DNA of 59,700 nt, from assembly GCA_963614045.1 (NCBI GenBank), contig CAVEBU010000004.1, positions 1-59,700 of the forward strand, given 5' to 3'. This document shows, piece by piece, positions 37,601-46,334 of this stretch. The stretch's first letter is position 1. Each line of letters begins with the position of its first letter. Origin of the DNA: Alistipes finegoldii (lineage in GTDB: Bacteria > Bacillota > Clostridia > Christensenellales > UBA1242). A program made the position numbers and the translations under genes. The notes beneath the pieces are model-generated. The model did no database searches. It saw only the letters and a program-made list of their open reading frames with translations, and was not told the DNA's origin.

Positions 37601-38260
37601 CAAATCCGCATCAAAAGCACTATTAACTTTCGCTCTAAAAACCTCAATATCGGGCTGATTATTCAAAAATTCATAGATTTTAAGGACATAATCGCTGATT
37701 TTCCCTAAACCACGCTTATCGTCAAACGTGTTTGAAAGCAACGCAAAATCTGAATCATTTTTGGCAATTAACTCATCAAAAATCTCTCTCATTGCACGAT
37801 TTCGCAACACATTTGCCTCACCATCATCGCAAATCGCAAAAGACGAATCCAAATCTAACACATAAAAATACTTTTGTATTATATTTTGACAAAATTTATG
37901 CAAAGTACAAATATCACTTTGCCCAATCAAATCCGCCTGCACACGAAGATAGTTTTTGTCCTCCTCGCTATACTGCGGGTCAGCAAGCAAATCATTGATT
38001 TTGTTCGCCAATTTAACTCGCATTTCGCTCGCCGCTGCGTTTGTATAGGTCACTACAAGAAGTTGGTCAACACTTGCGACTTTTTGAATTATATTATCAG
38101 CAATTCGTTCAATCATTACAAAAGTCTTACCACAACCCGCCCCCGCTGCGACCAAAATATCCTTGTCCCGAGTTTTTATCGCAAGCCGTTGTTCCTCGTT
38201 GTATGTAGGTGTTTTACTCATAATTTGCGTAAAATTTGCGTTTTTTTCATCATTTTTCAT
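34694..38260 (-). CDS. addA: ATP-dependent helicase/nuclease subunit A (AddA)
   Basis: UvrD-type helicase motifs (AGAGCGKTFVM Walker A, VDEYQD, TMHESKGLE, YVAMTRAK) and a C-terminal RecB-type nuclease (GIIDLI...DYKT). Start set to ATG 38260, one nt after the addB stop (AAGGAG RBS). The longer track ORF overlaps addB. Confidence 0.93.
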   Translation of the reverse strand: MKNDEKNANFTQIMSKTPTYNEEQRLAIKTRDKDILVAAGAGCGKTFVMIERIADNIIQKVASVDQLLVVTYTNAAASEMRVKLANKINDLLADPQYSEEDKNYLRVQADLIGQSDICTLHKFCQNIIQKYFYVLDLDSSFAICDDGEANVLRNRAMREIFDELIAKNDSDFALLSNTFDDKRGLGKISDYVLKIYEFLNNQPDIEVFRAKVNSAFDADLNKNKFAKVLNKNTAEFCEHYYQVFDEFRLEAIRVALPKMSVLLTEYVVLLGKIKKTNTFEQNLHLAFNLKFSALPGTKAKSVEEEDLRRRVSAVKKKFSDGLTKILEDYITDDVELIKSDILSSQKIVNAMLDLVQKFRERYLQLKKDKNLLDFSDLEHFAYQILSNPQVNEEVRSRYRQIYVDEYQDVNDIQEGILNRVHDIRDIFLVGDVKQSIYGFRNTNPQIFLDKLEKFGAEDKDFGNSITINLNNNYRSDQRVLDYVNWVFGILMTKEFAGIDYNNGNAMNSASGYQHNNPKALPTVEFMIVNKTKETAEKLDASRVYQVSTAPLVEDVEKSYAKAEAYAIYNKIMYLLGTQKTIYDAKKKIDREIQFNDITILARTRSDALVEILNTLTELGLPVAPLSKESVLKEYEVRLLFDYLNLVNNRTDDIFITEFLVSPVISLDEEDLCKIRQSNPSAEYFYQCVLGYDFDDEIGQKIKFALDLIEKSRYALINGTIYQVLMDFCQETNYLNIVGAMQDGEGRVRNVMGFVNSFIDKKFNFDLRDYLANMEENMDKPDISREPNTEASVIGVATMHESKGLEYPIVFMVDCGHQYNIDDKKGDFLLSSELGIGMYAYDSKNRIKRKTILHSAVKLAGKDKDLAERQRLLYVAMTRAKNHLFISGAIKIDTFQPYQSAYMLKSTQNDLSLILSSLSTDAVESLKSVKSFTQKVAGNDVTYTLVDVPQTEESAENVTFPTYFESIPAKYCNIVAKNMNFSYPYQSSTKVALNNSVTMLNRFAFDMGESVCDEPKKFDLTEDKAHEHVDTEVGIAFHKAMQLIDFGLDSEPEIREFLGKKLTEDELNLIDCGKILQAVRNLRPIVCGAKLLREQEFMMQIPLNELIKTDVADEILVQGIIDLIILKDDQIILLDYKTSNTRDLEKTAQKYSTQLRCYQKAVENVYKKPVKSKFLYFFLQERLILIDNY

Positions 38261-38261
38261 A

Positions 38262-41200
38262 TTAATCAAGCTCCTTTTTGGTTTTTGAAGCAAAAATTGC
38301 AGTATTTTCCACATCAAATTTGTCCGTACGAATTTTATCCTCGACCAAAACGCCCGCACGACAAATATTTTTGAATTTACAATATTCGCACGAAGTTTTA
38401 AAATGCGACGGCTCAATATAACCGCTATAAATATCTTGAACAGCTCCCGAAAGCACTTCTTCTGCATACTTAAGCATTAACGCAAATTGCATTTCGGTAG
38501 CTCCTTTAGATTTTAGAGCGATTTCACCCCGCTTTACAATTTCCTTTTTCATGGAAATTGTGACGCCCGTTATATCACTTTTGTGATGCTCATAGCTCAA
38601 TTGGTCATCTTGGCACAACAAGTCCGCCGAATCGTCTAGCGGTAGCCCTTGCATACAAAAACCTGAATACTGCGAAATCACTTCGCCCTCCGAATATTCC
38701 TTATGGACAGGCAAATAATACGCACCGCTTGGCTGATATTTTAGCGTTTTTAACATAACGGCCATATAATAGAACAACTGAATTTTTTTGCCCAAATAGA
38801 AGTTCAAAAGCTTAAATTCGGCACTATTTTTGCTTGTTTTGTAGTCAATTATCCTTAATTTCATATCGCAAACGTCTGCTCTGTCGATTTTTCCGCTGAT
38901 CTTAACCCGCTTGTTTGTATTCAAAATGACGACTTCAGGGACAGGCACAAATCCTTCCGTTCCAAATTTCGATTCGATGAATTTTATGCGATAGCGAGAA
39001 TGTTGCATTTGATAGTTAATCGCCTCGCACGCCCGCACTGATTCAGCCCGCAAAGCAGAAAGTTGCGCTAAATTACCTTCGTTTAATGCAAAATTCTCAA
39101 ATTCGGGTCTACAAAGCAATTTATCAAAAACAGCACAAACAAACTTCGGAATATCACCAATATTTTGCACCCCATCGCTCGCCAATTTCCTGCCAAACGC
39201 CTCCAAAACTGCGTGCAACAACGTTCCAATATCCGTCGCTTGCATAGTAGCAGTTTTACGCTCCTTGACTTTCACACCATAAGTCAAAAAATGTGCATAC
39301 GGGCAATCGAAGTACTTCTCAATTTGCGTAACCCCAGCCTTATCCCCAGTAAAGAAAACTTCGCTAGTATTATGCAGATTTGGGATTTTTTTAGGTTTTT
39401 GACGCCATTTTTCCACATTTTTTAGCATTTTCGGGTCGAATTTTGCCAAAATCTCATACAACGAGTTTTGTAACGCCTTACGCTCGTTACTCATATCAAC
39501 ACAATTTAGCCCCGCTATGTAATCTCTCAAAACTTGATTTTTCGTAGCGTATTTTTGGTCAACAATATATTCGCATACTGCTGGGTTTAGATCAATATCC
39601 CAAAAGAAATTGAGGTTAATTGGGGTAAGTTTCCTACTATTATAAGTAAACATACTTGTAATCGATGTCACTAGACTTGCAACACTACACCCTTCTTTGC
39701 CAATACTTATCGGATACGTGATGCAAACTCGCTCCTTAGCGTAACTCAAGTTATCAATGACACCCTGCCTACGAAGTGAGTTTATCTCTCGCACAGACGG
39801 AGTAATATTCAAGCCGATTTTTTTCAAGCAATCAATATCGTAATCGGTTATCAACCCAACATCGCTAGAAAATGACGGCAATTTCCCCTCAATTGCACAC
39901 ATTATATAGTAGAATTTCACTTCTTCGAAAACACTTGCACCGCTTTGTCCGATTCGCACGCAATCTAAACTTATGGGCTGTGGGTTAATCGTGACAGTCG
40001 CAACTGCTCGGCGTAAAATTTTGTTAAATTCCGCAAAGCCACACTCAAATTCCCCCAAAGGTGACCCCATCGTATCCAAAATACTCTCGAATTTCTTGTA
40101 ATTTTGCCTTGCAATACCGCTTTGTTGCGTGCAACCATCCTCCAAAAGCGCTTGACTAAGCCCGCTTAAATTTTGAGCAACATCATATTTTTCTAGTAGC
40201 TTCTTGAGTGCTGTAGAGAAATTAACGACCGTTGAAGTTGTGGACACAACCCCGCAAAATTCATAAAGCGGTGCTAATTTTTGATTAATTTGCAAGTATT
40301 TTTCGTAATTTGCATCAATATTTTTAAGTTTTGGTGGATTTATCAAGTTTTCGCCAGTAATTCCATAGCAAGTCGTAACCGATTCAAAAAGTTCTCTTTC
40401 GCTCTGAGTAAAATTACTCAATCCGTTACTAATAAAGCGATACAAATCCTTTGCTTGAAGCCCGTCATAAGCGAAATCCAACACCGCAAAAATTAATTTG
40501 CCCATCTCGGTCGCCTCAAAAGGCGTCGGCGAATCTATCCAAAAAGGAATTTTCATCGCACTAAAAGTATTGCGTAAAATCGGCTCATAAGCACGCAAAT
40601 CAGCACAATTCACCTCGAAATCACGAAATCTCGCCCCCTTGCGAACTCGTTGCAATATATCCAACGCAACAAACTCCACCTCTAAACGTGGGTTGCTCGC
40701 CTCATAAATCTCCGCCCGCTCACCCGCAAGCTCCATTTTTACAGGAACAACCGCCAGCGCATTACACAACATATGTTGAGTAAATTCAGCCCGCTCGGAT
40801 TTCACGCTAAAAATGTTAGGTTTTACCCCAAAATTCACGCAAAATTCATCAATTTTGCACCAAATATCACTCTTTATAAGGTCTTCGTTTGGCTGTCCTT
40901 CTTCGCTCACAACAACCCCAACGCTAACGCTATTCGCAGTTTTGATTACACTTTCTAGCACTCCAAACTCCACCAAAGACATACTTTCAAAATTGCAAAA
41001 ATGGAAGTCTTTTTGTGAAAGTTTGCCACCCAAAATAGCCTCACTCAAATCACTCAATCTGTCATACGTGTCGTAATATTTGTCCGATTTGTAATGCTCG
41101 TATTCCTCATAAACAAGTAAAATATCTTGCACCTTTTTGCGCAAAGAATCGCTATCCATTTTATCCAAAATCGCACGCAAATTTTTAGGAGAAATGCCAC

Positions 41201-41582
41201 AAGATTTCAGTCGCATTATCGCTGTATAAACGCTCTCAGCAAAGGACACCGTTACAAGCGTTTTATTAAAACAAACAAGCCTGTCTTGGTTCTTTATAAT
41301 AAGCATTTCGACGACCATAGTAGCGCCAAATTTTGTCAATCTTTTACGGTCATTTTCCTCACCTAAAACCATATCCGCTAGCGATGAAATACTCATAACT
41401 TTTACATTAAAAGTAGCACCCCAATTAAGCCTGTCCATTATTCTTTTTTTCTGACACAAAACGTATTTGTCAGGAACAATCACTACCTGCTCTCTACCCT
41501 CAGTCAGCAACTTACCAATCAAGTCAATTTGCCCGCTATTTGTATCTAAAAAATTGTTACATTTAATCACGTTAAGCTTCAT
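38262..41582 (-). CDS. addB: ATP-dependent helicase/nuclease subunit B (AddB)
   Basis: 1106 aa, upstream of and adjoining addA. C-terminal nuclease/Fe-S region with Cys in FDCPYAHF and SCEYCKFKNIC (CxxCxxxxxC) and the RIIDYKTS motif. No intact N-terminal GxGK[ST] seen. Confidence 0.88.
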   Translation of the reverse strand: MKLNVIKCNNFLDTNSGQIDLIGKLLTEGREQVVIVPDKYVLCQKKRIMDRLNWGATFNVKVMSISSLADMVLGEENDRKRLTKFGATMVVEMLIIKNQDRLVCFNKTLVTVSFAESVYTAIMRLKSCGISPKNLRAILDKMDSDSLRKKVQDILLVYEEYEHYKSDKYYDTYDRLSDLSEAILGGKLSQKDFHFCNFESMSLVEFGVLESVIKTANSVSVGVVVSEEGQPNEDLIKSDIWCKIDEFCVNFGVKPNIFSVKSERAEFTQHMLCNALAVVPVKMELAGERAEIYEASNPRLEVEFVALDILQRVRKGARFRDFEVNCADLRAYEPILRNTFSAMKIPFWIDSPTPFEATEMGKLIFAVLDFAYDGLQAKDLYRFISNGLSNFTQSERELFESVTTCYGITGENLINPPKLKNIDANYEKYLQINQKLAPLYEFCGVVSTTSTVVNFSTALKKLLEKYDVAQNLSGLSQALLEDGCTQQSGIARQNYKKFESILDTMGSPLGEFECGFAEFNKILRRAVATVTINPQPISLDCVRIGQSGASVFEEVKFYYIMCAIEGKLPSFSSDVGLITDYDIDCLKKIGLNITPSVREINSLRRQGVIDNLSYAKERVCITYPISIGKEGCSVASLVTSITSMFTYNSRKLTPINLNFFWDIDLNPAVCEYIVDQKYATKNQVLRDYIAGLNCVDMSNERKALQNSLYEILAKFDPKMLKNVEKWRQKPKKIPNLHNTSEVFFTGDKAGVTQIEKYFDCPYAHFLTYGVKVKERKTATMQATDIGTLLHAVLEAFGRKLASDGVQNIGDIPKFVCAVFDKLLCRPEFENFALNEGNLAQLSALRAESVRACEAINYQMQHSRYRIKFIESKFGTEGFVPVPEVVILNTNKRVKISGKIDRADVCDMKLRIIDYKTSKNSAEFKLLNFYLGKKIQLFYYMAVMLKTLKYQPSGAYYLPVHKEYSEGEVISQYSGFCMQGLPLDDSADLLCQDDQLSYEHHKSDITGVTISMKKEIVKRGEIALKSKGATEMQFALMLKYAEEVLSGAVQDIYSGYIEPSHFKTSCEYCKFKNICRAGVLVEDKIRTDKFDVENTAIFASKTKKELD

Positions 41583-41732
41583 CTTTTCACCTCAAAAATT
41601 CTATTATAATTGTATCACAAAAATAAAAATTTTGATAGTTTTTTTAACTAAATTTTTATAAATTTTTATTTAATTTTTAACACAAAAAATAGTCTTTTTT
41701 ACTCGCTTTTTGCAATCAATTTTAACCCTGTT

Positions 41733-41749
41733 TTAGACACCGTGTCTAA
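41733..41749. promoter_or_regulatory. 17-bp perfect palindrome, candidate operator upstream of addB
   Basis: TTAGACAC-C-GTGTCTAA. No flanking T-run, and a 1-nt centre is incompatible with a simple terminator hairpin. Confidence 0.4.
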
Positions 41750-41807
41750 CAAAAAATTCATGCTTAAATTAGGGGGAATTTACAGGCAATTTCATACCCC
41801 AAAAAGT

Positions 41808-41851
41808 TGCATAGTACCTGCATAGTACTTGCATAGTACCTGCATAGTACC
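41808..41851. repeat. 4 x 11-bp tandem direct repeat (TGCATAGTACC)
   Basis: Units at 41808, 41819 (one C-to-T change), 41830 and 41841. Ends 6 nt before the stop codon of the 41858 gene. Confidence 0.9.
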
Positions 41852-41857
41852 TCAAAA

Positions 41858-42706
41858 TTACCGCTTTTTGCTCGTTTTTTGCTTAAAATCACTCAATTTC
41901 GATACAAACTCACGCAATTTCTCCATTTTGTTCTCGTGTAGTAATTCACTAATTTTTTGATATTCAAACTCACTTTCTTGTTGCTTTTTAATTGCTAAGT
42001 CCAACCTACTTTGAAGTATTTTGTTTTGCGCTTTTAACTCGTTGATTAAAACCGATTTTTTTCTATTATCTATAGCCACATCCATAAGCCTCGAATTGTC
42101 CAATTTTAATTGATAGTTTTGCTTATCCTCAAGCTCTTGTTCCGCCGACCTTTTTACCAGTCTAACCAGCCCCAAAAACAGCGATTGAATCTCTTTCTCA
42201 GATAGATAATTTCTATCCGTTTTTTGACTCGGAATTGTTAAAATTTTGCCACCCAAATTTAGTCTACTTTTCTGCCCTGAAGCAGTAATTTCTGCTGTTA
42301 ATTTTTTAACAAAATCGGGCTTGTTTTTAAGCGTGTTGCGATACTTGTTTTGATACCTAATCGCCGTTGTTTTATCCCCACCCGCAAGCATAAAACAAGT
42401 CGCCCTCACGCTCTTGCCGTTTTCTAACAAAATCGACTTCAAAAGAGCAGTCTCTTCCCTCTCACAAAAGTGACTCGTGTACCCAAGTTTTATGTCGTAT
42501 TTTGTTAAAATTTCACGCACTGAATTGTTACATTTTGCTTCACGAATCAGTCTGTAATAAAAGTTGCGCACGCTATAAATATTTCGCTTGTGATGACTAG
42601 CAAAATTACCAAAAATAGATAGCAAATTCGTTTCCCTTTTACTATTTATAGCATCGACAAGTTCTGCCACTTCATTAATACTCCAACCCAAAATTTTCTC
42701 TTGCAT
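41858..42706 (-). CDS. hypothetical protein with Myb/SANT-like N-terminal repeats and a C-terminal coiled coil
   Basis: Start moved to ATG 42706 (GAGGT RBS). The two segments WSINEVAELV...NIYSVRNFYYRLIRE and EETALLKSIL...TAIRYQNKYRNTLK look like Myb-like HTH repeats. The family assignment is tentative. Confidence 0.35.
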   Translation of the reverse strand: MQEKILGWSINEVAELVDAINSKRETNLLSIFGNFASHHKRNIYSVRNFYYRLIREAKCNNSVREILTKYDIKLGYTSHFCEREETALLKSILLENGKSVRATCFMLAGGDKTTAIRYQNKYRNTLKNKPDFVKKLTAEITASGQKSRLNLGGKILTIPSQKTDRNYLSEKEIQSLFLGLVRLVKRSAEQELEDKQNYQLKLDNSRLMDVAIDNRKKSVLINELKAQNKILQSRLDLAIKKQQESEFEYQKISELLHENKMEKLREFVSKLSDFKQKTSKKR

Positions 42707-42806
42707 TTTTACCTCGCTGACAAAATTTTTAACAAAATTTATATTTTTAATCAAAAAAGTAATAAATTTAGCATAAAAAATAATAAAATACTACGAGGTC
42801 AAATTT

Positions 42807-43775
42807 ATGTCAAATATCCACTTACATTTATGCAGTACAATGCCTGCAGTATTTTGTATCAATAACGAACAAGTCGGCTACTGTGAAAATTTGTGTCAGT
42901 ACCTAGATGTTTTGGTTTGTCAAGAAAAATTCGTGCTGTACGTTCATCCGATTGACCAAATAGCAAACACACACTGTTCACTATCCTATTCAACGCAAAT
43001 CAACTGTAATTCCCCAAAACCAGTTGCAAATACAAATCTAATCACAATAACCGATTATGGACACAATCACTATGTAATTTGCGCAACCCCGCTTCTAGTT
43101 CCAAGGATAACAAATATTCCGCCCTGCTATGACACTTGTGACACTTGCACAATGTCTATCATTAATCAAAATCTCAACATAACTAATGCACAGCATAATT
43201 TTAATTTTAACTTGCAAACACCACTAAAAACCGCAAAAATGCAAAAAATTGATGATTTTTACGCAATTTTAGGCAAAAATTATGATAATTCGTCCTATAT
43301 TATGCTATTGAACAAAAAATTGCAACTGCTTTTTGATTGCTATGCGGACAAAATTGAAGTTGGCAATTCGCAAATTATTGCTTTAGAATATGCGCACAAT
43401 ATAGCCCAGCATGGCAAAGTTACGGAATACTCTTTTGCAAGCGGAAACGTAAAAAAAGAAAAAACTTACACTGTTTACACGCAAAATATACCGACCGCTC
43501 CCGCAAATTCATACGCTATTCCTTATGCGTTTTTGCAAGCCGTAAACCTGCTCGACTTCTCTCTTGCTCGAAGTTATCTTCACCCAACACTAAACCAAAC
43601 GCTTCAAAACGACAATATTCGCAACTTTTTTGGCGATTTTATTGATATTACACCGACTTTTACGCAAAATCACGATTGTTTGGCACTCGTCTACTCGGGC
43701 AATCCGCAATTCGTAAAAAATTATCGCTTCACACTTAGCCAAAACTTAATAAAAAATATTGAATCGTTTGATTGA
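42807..43775 (+). CDS. hypothetical protein, Cys-rich N-terminal third
   Basis: 322-aa ORF with a GAGGT RBS 8 nt upstream. No motif recognised. Confidence 0.5.
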   Translation: MSNIHLHLCSTMPAVFCINNEQVGYCENLCQYLDVLVCQEKFVLYVHPIDQIANTHCSLSYSTQINCNSPKPVANTNLITITDYGHNHYVICATPLLVPRITNIPPCYDTCDTCTMSIINQNLNITNAQHNFNFNLQTPLKTAKMQKIDDFYAILGKNYDNSSYIMLLNKKLQLLFDCYADKIEVGNSQIIALEYAHNIAQHGKVTEYSFASGNVKKEKTYTVYTQNIPTAPANSYAIPYAFLQAVNLLDFSLARSYLHPTLNQTLQNDNIRNFFGDFIDITPTFTQNHDCLALVYSGNPQFVKNYRFTLSQNLIKNIESFD

Positions 43776-43783
43776 CAAATCTC

Positions 43784-43812
43784 TTGCAATTTTTATCATT
43801 TTGTGATATAAT
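43784..43812 (+). promoter_or_regulatory. sigma-A type promoter of the Zn-peptidase gene
   Basis: TTGCAA (43784-43789), 17-nt spacer ending TGtga, TATAAT (43807-43812). Lies inside the 5' part of the track ORF, which argues for the downstream TTG start. Confidence 0.6.
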
Positions 43813-43840
43813 CACAACATATCAATTAAAGGAGAAAATT

Positions 43841-44569
43841 TTGGACGCATATATATTATATTGGGTACTCGGAATTATCTTGATTCCTGGAATCATTTTT
43901 GCTGTATACACACAAGCAAAAATTTCATCAGTCTATAAGGAGCTGAAACATCAGCCCGCTTCAACTGACAAAACAGCCGACCAAATCGCTCGTGAAATTC
44001 TTGACAAAAACGGACTCGAGGAAATCACAATAGAGCGAGTTGAAGGCGAAATGACGGACTATTATCACCCCAAAAAGCAAAAAATCGCACTCAGTCAAGG
44101 TGTGTATGGGAGCAATTCCGTCGCTTCAATCGGTATCGCCGCTCACGAAGTCGGCCACGCAATTCAAACAAAAGAGGGCTATTACGCATCAAAAATTCGT
44201 ACTTTTATGGTACCATTTGTCAATTTTTCGTCAGCGATTCTTTGGCCTCTCGTAATTATCGGTTTGCTATTCAACATCTTCGGTAGCGCAGATTCAATCG
44301 TCGGAACAATATTTATTTGGAGCGGTATCGGGTTTTTCGGTCTATCAATGCTGTTCAGCCTAGTCACCCTGCCAACCGAATTGGACGCATCAAGACGAGC
44401 AATTCAGCAACTAACCGAAGGCGGATATCTAACTGGCGAAGAGGAAATCGAACAAACAAAATCTGTCCTAAAAGCCGCTGCAATGACCTATGTTGCATCG
44501 CTCGTAATGTCAATCCTTAACTTCTTGCGCTTCCTCTTAACAGTGCTGATTTTAAGAGATCACGACTAA
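43841..44569 (+). CDS. membrane zinc metallopeptidase (Zn_peptidase_2 / YpuE-type family)
   Basis: TTG start 6 nt after GGAG. HEVGHAIQ zinc-binding motif, an N-terminal TM helix and two C-terminal TM helices, about 240 aa as in that family. Confidence 0.75.
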   Translation: MDAYILYWVLGIILIPGIIFAVYTQAKISSVYKELKHQPASTDKTADQIAREILDKNGLEEITIERVEGEMTDYYHPKKQKIALSQGVYGSNSVASIGIAAHEVGHAIQTKEGYYASKIRTFMVPFVNFSSAILWPLVIIGLLFNIFGSADSIVGTIFIWSGIGFFGLSMLFSLVTLPTELDASRRAIQQLTEGGYLTGEEEIEQTKSVLKAAAMTYVASLVMSILNFLRFLLTVLILRDHD

Positions 44570-44719
44570 CCTACCCACACCAAATTTACCGAATTTTCGT
44601 GTGAATAAAATTTACAAAAACTAATATTATACAAAACAAAAATCAAGCGAAAAAGGCTGGTTTTAAATTCGCTAACACAAATTATATTTGTGCCATAGCA
44701 AAATAAAATCAGTCTTTTC

Positions 44720-45517
44720 TCATTGTGGTTTAAGCGTAATTGCGTCATTTGATAGTACAATTTTCGCTTTTAGCGTATTTTTTAACTCTTCTAAGTATGA
44801 AAACGGCAAGTATGCCAATTTCTTTTGCAAGCTTTCGTTGTATTTCGTATCACCAAAAATCTTCTTTAAGCAGTATTCATTATCCTCGCCCGTCAACTTA
44901 TTGATTGTATAATTATACATTTTTACAGGCTCGAGAAGACTTAGGTCAATAGTCGATTTTGCGACGAGAAAGACGTAATCGGGAACAGTTTTTATGCGCA
45001 CGAAATTTGATATATCTTTGCCTTTGAATTGATAAACAATCGTGTACTCAATCTTCTGATTTGTGATTTCCCATTCAAGACGATTAATCGTAGCATAGCT
45101 CATAACAATCTCAAGATTATCGTCTGATAACACTGAATTTGCGTTTCTTTGCGAGCAGTAAATTGCAAAATCGTACCACTTCAAAGCCCAATCTTTCACC
45201 AGCCGACTTTCCGAACTATTTAAGACAGCAAAATTTACTTCCCCCGCCTCACTGCAAACAGCTTCGCTACCTGTCGCATCACGGATTTTACTCGCAAATT
45301 CAGGCTTGAGTTTACTCACGTTGTCAGAAAAAGCAGTACTATCGAATTTTTGATTGACGAGCCTTTGAAATTCCGAATCCACACCGTTGCGACCGTTCAA
45401 ATATGCCATCAAAATCGCCATCGCTCCCGCCAGCAACAGCAAAAGAACGCATACCAGACCATACCACCAACACCCCTTTTTGCCCTTTTCTCCGTTTTTT
45501 TTCTTCATCAAACCCAT
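44720..45517 (-). CDS. membrane-anchored hypothetical protein
   Basis: 265 aa with a basic N-terminus followed by one TM helix (WWYGLVCVLLLLLAGAMAILMAY). The alternative ATG 45508 has better RBS spacing. Confidence 0.5.
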   Translation of the reverse strand: MGLMKKKNGEKGKKGCWWYGLVCVLLLLLAGAMAILMAYLNGRNGVDSEFQRLVNQKFDSTAFSDNVSKLKPEFASKIRDATGSEAVCSEAGEVNFAVLNSSESRLVKDWALKWYDFAIYCSQRNANSVLSDDNLEIVMSYATINRLEWEITNQKIEYTIVYQFKGKDISNFVRIKTVPDYVFLVAKSTIDLSLLEPVKMYNYTINKLTGEDNEYCLKKIFGDTKYNESLQKKLAYLPFSYLEELKNTLKAKIVLSNDAITLKPQ

Positions 45518-45566
45518 CCTTTAATTAAATTGAAAAAGTTTTGCATATCGAAACCGAATTATTACT

Positions 45567-45595
45567 ATAATAACACAAAATCAGGCCTTTGTCAA
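45567..45595 (-). promoter_or_regulatory. sigma-A type promoter
   Basis: Minus strand: TTGACA (45590-45595), 17-nt spacer ending TGtgt, TATTAT (45567-45572). Confidence 0.6.
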
Positions 45596-45688
45596 GTTTT
45601 GATAAGCACGCAAAAACTATGAACTGTATAAATTATATAATAATTTACTCTACAAGTTTTGACATCACCTTTTGGGTAAAAAAGGGTA

Positions 45689-45720
45689 AAAAAAGAAAAC
45701 GATTTTTATCGTTTTTATTT
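45689..45720. terminator. AT-rich bidirectional terminator closing the tRNA/repeat locus
   Basis: Stem AAAACGAT/ATCGTTTT with TTTT loop, and A/T runs on both sides. Confidence 0.45.
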
Positions 45721-45747
45721 AAAAACCCTTTATTTACGGGCTTTTTG

Positions 45748-45788
45748 TGGTGCGCTAAAGAAAACTCGAACTCCTAACCTTTGGTTCC
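45748..45788 (-). pseudogene. tRNA-Arg 3'-half fragment (anticodon position 36 to CCA), diverged
   Basis: 41 nt align with tRNA positions from GGAACCAAAGG... to ...GCGCACCA with 6 mismatches, all in the T-loop/T-stem 3' strand and the acceptor 3' strand. No matching 5' half. Confidence 0.75.
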
Positions 45789-45949
45789 TGTTTTGCCAAA
45801 GCAAAGTGCCGTCGCAAGCCTTGACACCACTTGCAAGCAATTGTGTCAATCTCCTTGCTAGGCATACCCCAACGCACACACTTCGCGACGCTTCAGCCGA
45901 ACGTAATGCAATTTCGTTTGCGGTCTACGAAACCAAAGGGGTTATATAA

Positions 45950-45976
45950 ACAAAAAACGCTGTCCATATAGACAGC
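45950..45976 (-). terminator. short hairpin plus T-run inside unit 1
   Basis: GCTGTC-TATATG-GACAGC followed by GTTTTTTG on the minus strand. Confidence 0.45.
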
Positions 45977-45980
45977 ATTT

Positions 45981-46021
45981 TGGTGCGCTAAAGAAAACTC
46001 GAACTCCTAACCTTTGGTTCC
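45981..46021 (-). pseudogene. tRNA-Arg 3'-half fragment, second copy
   Basis: Same as 45748-45788. Confidence 0.75.
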
Positions 46022-46182
46022 TGTTTTGCCAAAGCAAAGTGCCGTCGCAAGCCTTGACACCACTTGCAAGCAATTGTGTCAATCTCCTTGCTAGGCATAC
46101 CCCAACGCACACACTTCGCGACGCTTCAGCCGAACGTAATGCAATTTCGTTTGCGGTCTACGAAACCAAAGGGGTTATATAA

Positions 46183-46209
46183 ACAAAAAACGCTGTCCAT
46201 ATAGACAGC
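46183..46209 (-). terminator. short hairpin plus T-run 4 nt after the tRNA-Arg CCA end
   Basis: GCTGTC-TATATG-GACAGC followed by GTTTTTTG on the minus strand. Confidence 0.5.
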
Positions 46210-46213
46210 ATTT

Positions 46214-46290
46214 TGGTGCGCCATAAGAGGCTCGAACTCCTAACCTTTGGTTCCGTAGACCAACGCTCTATCCAATTGAGCTAATGGCGC
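46214..46290 (-). tRNA. tRNA-Arg (anticodon ACG), CCA encoded
   Basis: Minus-strand sequence GCGCCAT-TA-GCTC-AATTGGATA-GAGC-G-TTGGT-CTACGGA-ACCAA-AGGTT-AGGAG-TTCGAGC-CTCTT-ATGGCGC-ACCA folds as a canonical 77-nt cloverleaf. Confidence 0.95.
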
Positions 46291-46334
46291 AAGAGTATTC
46301 GGGAAGTTGTGGATTACCTCCCAAATACTTATTC

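Larger units (their letters stand above)
45748..45980 (-). repeat. 233-bp tandem unit 1 (tRNA-Arg 3'-half copy + structured ~150-nt core + inverted anticodon-arm copy + hairpin/T-run)
   Basis: Identical base for base to 45981-46213 by direct comparison. Confidence 0.95.
45981..46213 (-). repeat. 233-bp tandem unit 2
   Basis: Identical to 45748-45980. Abuts the CCA end of tRNA-Arg at 46214. Confidence 0.95.

Noticed and set aside
38261-38467. N-terminal 69 codons of the track AddA ORF (start 38467)
   Set aside because: This stretch overlaps the 3' end of addB in another frame and has an implausible sequence. ATG 38260, with an AAGGAG RBS, sits 1 nt after the addB stop, and the conserved helicase N-terminus begins just after it.
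41808-41851. The 11-bp x4 tandem repeat as a CRISPR array or minisatellite-encoded peptide
   Set aside because: There are no spacers between units, the units are far too short for CRISPR repeats, no cas genes are present, and the array lies outside any ORF.
45748-46213. The 233-bp units as intron-containing or permuted tRNA genes, or as tmRNA
   Set aside because: No sequence able to form the acceptor 5' strand (GCGCTAA) or a D-arm exists in or near the units, so a complete tRNA cannot be assembled. There is no alanine-type G-U acceptor, no tag reading frame and no tmRNA pseudoknot signatures. A 36-aa ORF inside the unit (MPSKEIDTIACKWCQG...) lacks a usable RBS.
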